A DNA stretch of 64,000 bases from positions 4,976-68,975 of the forward strand of contig NMRA01001023.1 in NCBI GenBank assembly GCA_002633005.1, read 5' to 3'. The notes beneath the pieces were generated by a model, which was not told the DNA's origin, searched no databases, and saw nothing but the letters and a program-made list of their open reading frames with translations. The position numbers and the translations under genes are program-made. This DNA comes from Phoronis australis. Taxonomy: Eukaryota; Animalia; Phoronida. Positions 49,167 to 60,100 of this stretch are shown in pieces; positions within the stretch are counted from its first letter, which is position 1, and the number at the start of each line of letters is the position of its first letter.

Positions 49167-52094
49167 AGGTAGAAAAACGCTGCATTCGATGCGAGCGACG
49201 CCTGGGTGTGGAAGGGAAAATAAACTTATGTGGGCCTTTTACTTAAGTTTTGTTCACTTCATTGTGAAAATATTTTCTATAGAATATTTATGCTTCCACA
49301 TTTACCAAAAGGCTCGAATTTCATTAATTCATTTCAAACTTTGCAGAATCACCAATTCCTTAGAGAGTTATTTCAAACTGACAAGAATTACCTAGTGCAC
49401 TTTGATGTTTGGACCCGTCGGGGCGATTCGGCTGCGCTCCAGTGGAATAAGCCCCAGGCCTATCATCATTTCTTGCAAGATTAGCTTCTGAATGTCAAAA
49501 AATTGTCTATGGTTAATTTCATTTTAAAAGATACATCAACATTTAAATCCGAAAAATTAAGTTATCTTAAAATAACCTTGTAATATTGGGCAGAAAAACA
49601 AGTTCGCTACAAATGACTGCCCGACTCTGGGGCACACTGGCATGAGCCAGTCTTATCGGAACCGTTGGAACCTAAAAATTATTCGGGAAGGGGTTTCTTC
49701 TTGAATTTCAACATGCTAATTTATTTGCAGCTTGAAAGTGTGTGCATAACACTGAAGTTTCCTCGGATTCTTTTAGACTATATGATTAAAGTGGCGAGAG
49801 CACAAAAGTTGGTTCATCATTGTGTGCATTCGATAATCCGACTCAGTAGGCGGCAAAAATGACCGGATTCCCCCTAAAAAAATGTCATGTCCATGCACGG
49901 ATCCAAAAGGAAAATCCAACACTGATAGTTGACGATTGCCCTCTTTAAACTTCTCTGTTCTGTTTGTCTCGCCATGTCTTCCTGCTCGGCTGAAATGCCC
50001 AGGCGACCCCTGTGTGCATTGCCGATCGTCACGGGTTACGAATATACTCGAGAAACTCATTCTTTCGGTGCACTCAATGAAAACCAGCCTATTGTAAATG
50101 CTTTCAATTCCTGTAATAAGATCTGTACTAAATTTACATTATTATTAAATGGTAGTCTAAACTTCGACCTTTTTCTTAATGAATTTCTCTTAAGCAATGT
50201 TCGTGAATTTTCATGCATCGCTCATCTTGTTGCTTCCATATCTGTACATCATTTTGTTTTTAACACGTTTGTAAAAACATATCTAACTATTTGAATATTT
50301 ATATTAGATACTACTTACATGAATATAGCTCGTATGTATACTACATTATGTACTGTCTACTACCCGAAGCTTCGCGATTTCTGTGCATTCTTCATTAATC
50401 GCCTTGAAAAAAAAAACAAAAAAAAACAAGAACATCGAAACCGTCAGCGACTCAAAAACAGGTTTCAGACTTCCGTAAATCAGAGATGTTCACATTGGTC
50501 GTTACTTACCGAAAAGGGTACCTTTTTATGTTACTGGTACTTGAAATCAAAATTGAATTTATTGTTGTAATTTTCTATTCAACTTTCGTGTAAGTTATTC
50601 AATGCTCGAATGCCAGTCGCTCTCAAAAATACCTGTGATCTCATCTCCTCGGACGACCACACCATTTCCGTCGTTCCACTCAGTTTCCAAAAGTCCTCTA
50701 ACTGTTAATTATAATATATAAAGATGTATAATTTTGGATGAATACCAAAATGACCCCTAGCACTAAAGTGTAAAGGATTATGTTCCGAACTAAAACCTTT
50801 GTACTTACAAGAAATTTTTTGAATCATTGAATTGTTTCCCTAATGGCTTAACTATAGTCATTTATATAGCGTCTCTGGTTCATTTCCTTTTTATGTTATT
50901 ATTACACGGTGTTATTTTTGCATTTTGGTAGCACTCATATGAATGTGGGTGCATCAGTAAAACGCGACTTCTGCCCTGTTGATAAGTGGTTTAATACCAA
51001 CAAAGACGTAAACAACAGTAAAAGTTGTCTGGGAACAATGCGTCTATTTGAGGTTTTAATGATAATTAAGTTAGTTACGCACTGCAAAATCAGTTGACAT
51101 TGCGAGTGAACGTTAAAATAGCTAACATTGTTAAGGACTGTATAGGTTATGTGTACCAAAACAAGTTTTCACCGAATAATTAACCGAAGACTTAGAGATT
51201 TTCACTTGTCCCAGTTTAATCGGCTTTTTCTCGGCTTCAGCAAATCGACTTTATTTGAACTTAGGAACACTAGTTCTTGATGGATTTCGCTGAAACTTTC
51301 CAAACTTAATATCTAGTCATCAATATCAAAAAACGCATTCAGGATTTTTGATATAAAGGCTTAGTTTTTGCGTAATGTGACAAAGACGAATACGACTTCA
51401 ATTTTTTACAAAAATACCTTACGTTTTGCGAGTTGATTTGTCATAGAAACCAAACGAAAAGACTAATCGAAAATTCATAACAGCGTTTCTGAGGTAACTG
51501 GTGAAGTTTTCATTTAAAAAGGTTTCATTAAAATTGACCGAGCAATTATTTTGCTATGAATGTACCTTTCTTAAAAATGAAATTTTGATTTAAAAAGGTT
51601 TTCCCGTAAAAATAATAATGGCACATAAATACAAAAAGTATACTTATATTTCATGGTCTTTGTTCTCTCAGAAAATACATACTTTTACTAGTTGACGAAG
51701 CTTAGTTTTTTCGATATACGAGTTAGAATGGACACGGAGGCCACTAAATAAGGTTGGAGATAACCTTTTAACCCAACGACGGGTTAAAAGTTTGAGTTTG
51801 AACTCGAAATTTCGAGTTTTACTCGAGTTTGTAGCATAAATATAAGGGTCTTCAAGTGCAAACTTAGAGTAGAAACTCATAGGCATAAACTATAATGTAT
51901 TCGAGCACAGTCTGATAACCACTTATATTGAGTTCGGATAAAAGGAGCAACAATTAGAGACCGGTCACTGGTATGTTAGTAGCTAGCGATAGTTCAAATT
52001 TACCATGCTGTATTTTTTCCGTTCCATGCAATTACCGGGCATTTTACGAAACATTAACTCTTGAAAACATCTTGCTATTGTGTATCGAGATGGG

Positions 52095-52490
52095 ACCCAG
52101 GGGATCTGTTAGCGGACTTGACCACGTTCCTTAAATCTTCTCACAACTTGTGGACTTTGTTTACTCACTTTGTTTACTCATTTATGGCATATTTTCTTGC
52201 CATTTCATCTTTGTTATAAGGTCCTCTTTTATTCATGACATTTTCTAATAATCTGAAAGCTGGGCCCTAGTATTTTGAGGAAAAAATGTAGACGCCTCTT
52301 AAATTAGGATCATTCAATGAAAAAAAGTTCAGTCCTGTTATTCATTTTCAATATAGTACTCTATAAGAATTCGACGTCGTTAAATTTACTCTCGATATTA
52401 ATGTTAATAATGGACTAAGTGGAGAAGATAAAATAGTAAAAGAGCTTGGAGAATGAAGGGAATGCAGAGTCCCTATTTCATTCAACCGGC
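52095..52490. mobile_element. Diverged copy of the 26715-27135 MITE
   Basis: Shares CCTCTTT.ATT.ATGACATTTTCTAATAAT, CTTAAATT and the GAGTCCCTATT end. Confidence 0.6.
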
Positions 52491-53641
52491 TATTGAATCC
52501 CCCTAGTCAATGGCTTCATGTCTGTCCATTGCCAGCGAGACCAATGACACACGTTATGGGGAGGCTATCTATTCTTGATTCTGGATAGGCGTCGGGAGTA
52601 TTTTCATTAATTGAATTCGCCTAGACAAACTGTAAGGTTAGGACCATCACACAACCGTACGTCCCTAAAAAACGACGTTCACGTACGTGTCTTCATCAAT
52701 GTGACCAATTGTCCACCAAAGAATGAATTACTTAATTTTGCCGATTGGATGCAACGGACTTCGCGTTGCATTGTATTCTACGCACATAGAGCAAAACGAG
52801 CTGTAGGCGAATTCCGTAAGGTGATTGGCTTTCTTTCCAGCCCGCGTCGACTTGTCGAGTTGTATAGTCGCTCTCAAAAATACCTTTATAAAACTATTTC
52901 TGTGATCTCATGTCTTCGGATGACCACACCACTACCCTCGTTCCACCCAGTTTCTAAAGTCGTTTAACTATTTATGCGTTTTTCTAATTGCGGGAGCCGT
53001 ATACCCAGCCTGGACCTACTGTCCCTCTAAGCCCATTGGTTCCGTTGACTTGTTTTTAGTTGGCGCCACTTTTCTTGCTCTCCTTCTATGACATCAATTT
53101 GTTCTGTAATCAGTTCTGTGAGGAAAAATTTTCCTCAGGAGAAAAGTGTTCTGACCTTTTTCTACTCATTTTATTGATGACAGAGCCACCAGGAAAATAC
53201 GTCTGCACTGATTCTACCTACAACTGTGCGCTGTCATTGAAACCCACTTAATCACAGTTCCATTGAAGCACTTTAATAGTATCTTTTATAGGTTAACCCA
53301 GGTCCACATAGTGGGGTGCCTTGGATACTTTAAACCTTGTTCCATTAAACCCGATCCTTGTAAACAAGAATTTTTTGGAGAGTTGAAATGCACCCACGAC
53401 TGCAATGCAATTCCAATAGTGTTTTTATTATCGTAAAAATTTCACTGAATACATTGCACCTATCCAAAACAAGGCGTCGTCTTCTCCTAAGAACACTGTC
53501 CGGCAAAATTAAGTGAAAATCAACAAAGAAACTATAAAGATAGACAGGCGTAACTCCATTTTTTGATAAAAAAATCCATTCGGAGGCACACCATTGGTCC
53601 AATTGTTGTCGCCAAATTGTAACCTTGCAAACAGAGCTTAA

Positions 53642-54973
53642 CGGCGAAGGCAACCTTTTTCATGTCATTTTTAGCAAAAATAAGGTTCGTTGATTATCCC
53701 AGACATATTTTTCACTTATTTACTGCTTTTCGTAATTTAATTAATTACTCGTCGTCTACTCCGGAAGTGACGTTTTGGGAGGCAAGAATTTCGCGCCAAT
53801 TTCTTTTCATATAGTCTGACTGTGAGAGCAGTCGAGTCAGTCATTGTTCTACCTCGGTTGTGATAAGTTCGGTCGTCGTTTGCTTTTGCTTACGACTAGT
53901 CAGTCAACATGCCACGCTGTTGCTGCGTACTGGGGTGTACCCATTATCGTCTCACGTACAGAGGAAGAACTGTCCCACTTGCCCGAGTGTCCCGCGACAC
54001 ACTCCCACTGGAGGGTGATCTGAGCACCCAAACTGCTTACATCCCGCCGTGTGACTCCCGCGCCACAACCTGGCACCTTCCAAATAGCTCCAATACAAGT
54101 CCACAATAAACTTCTCAAACTTAGGCTCACCGATCTTTTCATTGGATGACGAAATGTCCTCTTCACTGGGTGTCGAACTGGGCCTGTATTCACTCCCACT
54201 ACTCAGCATCGCTGCAGGGCTGCTTACAGGCTCTGGACTAGAGACAACAGCACAGGGCGAATCACTGCTACTTCCCGGAATTGCACGCAATGGGTTACGT
54301 TCGGAGGCACGGGTAACAGTAGATGAAGTGCCTCCAGTCACTGTATATAGTGGCCACAGCTCTCGAGGCTTCTCGCTTCAAAAACGCACTTCTCGGGGTT
54401 GGCGACGGGGCACTACCGGGAATCAACAGCGACGGTATGGTACCCTTCTTCAGGCGTTGTTTCGCAGGGACCTTCATCAATTCAGCGTACATATCTGTCA
54501 TAATCTGGCGGCAGAAAATGGTTGCCACACACTCGGTAACCCTCCATTGCTTTGTACGTTGCGTGGACGGGTAGCGCTGCGTTCTTCACATGAACGAGCT
54601 AGCCAAGTACGGCGAAGTGTGTCATCCCTCGGAAAGCGACGGAAGGTTCCCAAAACGCGTGTGACACGATAATGAGTACACCCCGGCACGCAGCAACAGT
54701 GTGGCATGTTGACTGACTTGTAAGCGAAAGCAAACGACGACCGAACTTATCACAAACGAGGTAGAACAATGAGTGACTCGACAGCTCTTACAGTCAGACT
54801 ATAATGAAAAGAAATTGGCGCCAAACTCTTGCCTCCCAAAACGTCACTTCTGGAGTAGAGGACGAGAAATAAATCAAATTACAAAAAGCTGTAATTAAGT
54901 GAAAAATGTGTCTGGGATAATCAACGAACCTTATTTTTGTTAAAAGTGACATGAAAAAAGGTTGCCTTCGCCT
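53642..54973 (-). mobile_element. Non-autonomous THAP-transposase DNA transposon derivative (Kolobok-like) with ~310-bp inverted arms
   Basis: Arms 53643-53955 and 54661-54972 are reverse complements. TTAA flanks at 53638-53641 and 54976-54979. The interior holds a frameshifted THAP domain and a KFIV...WECVAGHSGKWDS motif. Confidence 0.8.
53960..54707 (-). pseudogene. Frameshifted THAP-domain transposase N-terminus
   Basis: MPHCCCVPGC...RFPRDDTLRRTW / RVCGNHF / RLKKGTIPSL are THAP C2CH hallmarks, split across three frames. Confidence 0.8.
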
Positions 54974-56058
54974 TTTTAAAGGCTCTTAAAAGAGCATGTT
55001 CGCGAATGGACCAGGCAGAGGATACTATTTGTTTTCCGGCAAACGTCAACAAAAAGTGAATATTTGCTAATAGCTGGCCCGCAAACTGCGAATCAATCGA
55101 TCATTTATCAAATTTCGTATTTTCTAGGCACAGAGGGTACTCTACTTTTTTTCTAAAAAGTACTCGTAGTCATGGAATTAGGATACTTCCTACACAAACA
55201 GCAGTAATTTTGGCAGAAAACCTTTTGCGAGAGTCGAAATTCAAATCTCACTGGTTTTACAAAGCTCAGTAATCTTATTCGCACGGCTAAAGAACAAAAC
55301 AAAACAAAACACCGTCGACAAATCATTTTCATAACATTTTCCTTCAAAAATCGTGGTTACCCCTCCCACCCACTTGCGACTTTCCAAATCTTACTGTGAT
55401 GTATAAACAATATCATTTATTTTTGGTTTTATCTGTGATTGTCCTGTTAACAAAGACACTTACTGTGAGTTAGCTGTGGAGTGTGTCTGAACAAACGTTA
55501 TTTTTGAGGAATCGTCAAGTGGTTTGATGCAGGGCTTTGAAAGCGGAGGGCACTGTCAATGTGAAATATTCATTGGCAATTACAGGCAAACGCAAAACCT
55601 CTGGCCAGATTAATGTGGACGTTATATAGGCGCCAGTGTCCCATTAACGTCACTTTTGAAATGCTATGGCTGGCTAATGTTATCATTTTGCTATCTGTAT
55701 GCATTTTGTTGTGACTGACACAAGTGAAAAATGGAAAACTTTCAAGTAGCAATGGGGGCTGACAACATGGAACCAGCTACCAGTGAAAAGATACTTCGCC
55801 TGCGCAGTGGGAGGCACATAGGAACGTAGTTGAATAAGAGTGTGTAACTAGTTGTGAGAAGTCTAAAGAAGTGAATTCAAATTACATCACAGCCCTCCAG
55901 AGGGCAAAAGTATCCTGTTCCAGGTGAGCAGCTGTTACTTGACCATATAAATGCCTCCTGTTGGAAGCATGATAGATTTTCATCCACTGCACAGGTCACG
56001 TGAAAGAAGTGAGGATAATAAAGGTTGCTTTCTGTATGAAGTCCATAAGTACACGACA

Positions 56059-57186
56059 AGCTAGTGAGAGCTAGTGGGAGCTCGTGAGAGTTAGTGAGAG
56101 CTAGTGAGAGCTCGTGAGAGCTAGTGAGAGCTAGTGAGAAATCGTAAGCGCTCGTGAGAGTTAGTGAGAGCTAGTGAGAGCTCGTGAGAGCTAGTGAGAG
56201 GTAGTGAGAGCTCAAGAGAGCTAGTGAGAGCTAGTGAGATCTAGTGAAATCTAGTGAGAAGTAGTGAGAAATAGTTAGAGCTAGTGATAGCAAGTGAGAT
56301 CCACTGGGAGCTCAAGGGAGGTAGTGAGATATAGTGAGGGCTCGTGAGAGCTCGTAAGAGCTAGTGACAGCTAGTGAGAGCTTGTGAGAGCCCGTGAGAG
56401 CTCGTGGGAGCCAGTGAGAGCTAGTGAAAGCTAGTGAGAAATAGTGATAAATAGTGAGAGCTACTGAGAGCAAGTGAGATCCACTGGGAGCTCGTGAGAG
56501 GTAGTGAGATATAGTGAGAGCTCGTGACAGCTGGTGAGAACTAGTGAGAGCTATTGAGAGCAAGTGAGAAATAATGAGAGCTAGTGGGAGCTCGTGAGAA
56601 ATAGTGAGAGCTCGTGAGAGGTATTGAGAGGTAGTGAAAGCTCGTGAGAGCTCGTGAGAGCAATTGAGAGCTAGTGAAAGCTCGTGAGAGCTCGTGAGAG
56701 CTTCTGAGACCTACTGAGAGCTAGTGAGAGCTAGTGAGATTTTGTGAGAGCTAGTGAGAGCTCGTGAGAGCTAGTGAGAGCTGTGAGAGCTAGTGAGGGC
56801 TCAGGAGAGGTCGTGAGACCCAGTGAAAGCTAGCGAGAACTAGCGAGAGCTAGGGAGAGCTTGTGAGAGCTAGTGAGAGCTAGTGAGAGCTAGTGAGAGC
56901 TCGTGAGAGCTAGTGAGAGCTAGTGAAAGCTAGTGAGAACTAGTGAGAACTAGTGAAAAATTGTGGGAGCTAGTGAGAGCAAGTGAGATCCACTGGGAGC
57001 TCGTGATACGTAGTGAGATATAGTGAGAGCTCGTGAGAGCTCGTGAGAGCTAGTCAGAGCTAGTGAGAGCTAGTGAGAGCTAGTGAGAGCTAGTGAGAGC
57101 TAGTGAGAGCTAGTGAGAGCTCGTGAGAGCTCGTGGGAGCNAAATGAGAGCTAGTGGGAGCTCATCAGAGCTAGTGGCAGCTAGTC
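56059..57186. repeat. 10-bp satellite I (AGAGCTAGTG / AGAGCTCGTG)n
   Basis: Roughly 110 directly visible tandem 10-mers. Confidence 0.97.
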
Positions 57187-57195
57187 ATATGTGAA

Positions 57196-60100
57196 AGCTC
57201 TGGCTAGCTATGGCTAGCCATTGCTAGCCATAGCTAGCCATATCTAGCCGTAGCTAGCCATAGCTAGCTGTAGCTAGGCAGAGCTAGCCATAGCTAGCCA
57301 AAGGTAGCCATAGCTAGGCAAAGCTAGCCATAGCTAGCCACAGCTAGCCACAGCTAGCCATAGCTAGCCATACCTAGCCAAAGCTAGCTATAGTTAGCCA
57401 TAGATAGCCAGAGCTAGCCTGAGCTAGCCATAGCTAGCCACAGCTAGCCATACCTAGCCAAAGCTAGCTATAGCTAGCCATAGCTAGCTATAGCTTTCCA
57501 GAGCTAGACATAGCTAGCCATAGCAAGAAAGAGCTAGCCATAGCTAGCCATAGCAAGGAAGAGCTAGCCAGAGCCAGCCATAGCCAGCCAGAGCTAGCCA
57601 TAGCTAGCTAAAGCGAGTCATAGCTAGCTATGAATAGCAATGGTTAGCTATGCCTAGCTATGGCTAGCTATGGCTATCTCTGGCCAGATTTGGCTAGCTC
57701 TGGCTAGCTCTAGCAAGCTATGGATAGCTATCTCTGGCCAGGGCTAGCTATGGCTAGCTCTCGATAGTTCTCGTTAGCTCTGGCTAACTCTGGCTAGCTC
57801 TGGCTAGCTCTGGCTAGATCTGGCTAGTTCTGAAAAGCTATGCCTAGCTATTGCTAGCTCTGGCTCGCTATGGCTAGCTATGGCTGGCTATGGCTAGCTC
57901 TGGCTATCTGTGGCTAGCTATGGCTAGCTATGGATAGGTATGGCTAGCTAGGGATAGCTATGGCTAGCTAGGGATAGCTATGCCTAGCTCTCAATAGTTC
58001 CTTTCTAGCTCTGGCTAGTTGTGGCTAGCTAAGGCTAGCTTTGCCTAGCTATGGCGAGCTATGGCTAGCTATGGCTAGCTCTGGTTGGCTATGGCTAGCT
58101 ATGGCTAGCTTGGGCTAGCTAGAGCTAGCTTTGGCTAGCTAGAGCTAGCTTTGGCTAGCTAGGTCTGGCAATGGCCAGGTCTGGCTAGCTCTGGCTAGCT
58201 CTGGCTAGCTGTGGCTAACTATGGACACCTATGGCTAGCTATGGCTAGCTATGGCTAGCTATGAACAGCTATGGCTAGCTAGGGTAACATATGGCTAGCT
58301 CTGGCTAGCTCTGGATAGCTATGGTTAGCTATGGCTCGCTCTGGCTAGCTCTGGCTCGCACTGTCTAGCTATTGCTAGCTATGGCCAGCTATGGCTAGCT
58401 CTGGTTACATCTTGCTAGCTCTGGCTAGTTCTGGGTAGCTTTGGCTACCTATTGATCTCAATGGCTAGCTATGGTTGGCTTTGGCTCGCTCTGGATAGAT
58501 ATGGAAAGTTTGTGTAGCTATGGATAGCTATGGCTTTGTAGGGCAAGGTGTGGCTAGCTCTGGCTAGCTCAGGCTATCTCTGGCTAGGTATGGCTAGCTA
58601 TATATATCTATGGCTAACTACTGCTAGCTATGGCTAGCTCTGGCTAGCTCTGTGTAGCTATGGCTAGCTATGGATAGCTATGGATAGCTAAGGGCTAGCC
58701 AGGGCTAGCTTTGGCTAGCTCTGGCTAGCTCTGGCTAGCTATTAAAAGCTCTGACTAGCTATGGCTAGCTTTGGATTCCTCTGGCTCGCTCTGGTTGGCT
58801 ATCACTAACTATGGCTAGCTATGTAAAGCTAGGGCTGGCTAGGGCTAGCTATGGCTAGATATGGCTAGCTATGGTTGCTCTGGATAGCTCTGGCTAGCTC
58901 TGGCTAGCTATGGCCAGATATGGCTGGCTATGGATAGCTTTGGCTAGCTATGGCTAACTATGGCTAGCTACTGCTAGCTCTGGATAGCTCTGGTTAGTTC
59001 TGGCTAGCCATGGCTAGCTATGACAAGCTATGGATGGCTTTGGATAGCTATGGCTAGCTAAGGCTAGCAAAGGTTAACTCTGGATAGCTCTGGCTAGCTC
59101 TAGCTACCTATGGCTAGTTATGGCTAGCCATGGATGGCTATGGTTACATATGGTTAGCTATGGTTGCTCTGGATAGCTCTGGCTAGGTCTGGCTAGCTAT
59201 GGCCAGCTATGGCTGGCTATGGATAGCTTTGGCTAGCTATGGCTAGCTATGGCTAGCTCTGGATAGCTGTGGTTAGTTCTGGCTAGCTATGGCTATCTAT
59301 GGCCAGCTATGGATGGCTATGGCTAGCTATGAGTAGCTCTGACTAGCTCTCTCTAGCTCTGGCAAGCTCTGGTTTGCTCTAGCTAGCTATGGCTTGTTAT
59401 GGCTAGCTATGGATAGCTTTGGCTTGTTTTGGCTAGCAATAGCTAGCTCTGGATCGCCCTGGCTAGCTCTGGCTAGCTATGCTTGGCTATGGCTAGCTAT
59501 GGACAGCTCTGGATAGCTGTGGCTAGTTCTGGCTAGCTATGGATGACTCCAGCTAGCTCTGACTAGCTATGGCTAGCTCTGGCTAGCTCAGGCTAGCTCT
59601 GGCTAGCTCTGGCTAGCTCTGGATAGCTCTGGCTAGCTCTAGCTAGCTCTGGCTAGCTAGTGCAACCTTTGGCTAGGTATGGCAAGCTCTGGGTAGCTCT
59701 GGCTAGTTCTGGCTAGATATGGCTAGCTTTGGCTAGCTATGGATGGCTATGCCTAGCTATGGATGGCTATGGCTAGCTATAGCTGACACTGGATAGCTCT
59801 GGCTAGCCCTGGCTAGCTATGGTTAGCTATGGCAAGCTATGGATGGCCATGGGTAGCTATGGCTAGCTGTGGCTAGCTCCGGATAGCTCTGGCTAGCTAT
59901 GGCTAGCTATGGCTAGCTATGGATGGCTTTGGCTAGCTATGGATGGCTTTGGCTAGCTATGGCTAGCTATGGCTAACTCTGGCTAGTTCTGGCTAGCTAT
60001 GACTACATATGGCAAGCTATGGATGGCTTTGGCTAGTTATGGCTAGTTATGGCTAGCTATGGCTAGCTGTGGCTAGCACGGGATAGCTCTGGCTGGCTCT

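Noticed and set aside
54142-54672. 176-aa plus-strand ORF
   Set aside because: Antisense shadow of the THAP transposase remnant; no recognisable domain
56312-56563. 83-aa repetitive ORF in the satellite
   Set aside because: Chance stop-free run of the 10-mer; the array has TAG stops throughout
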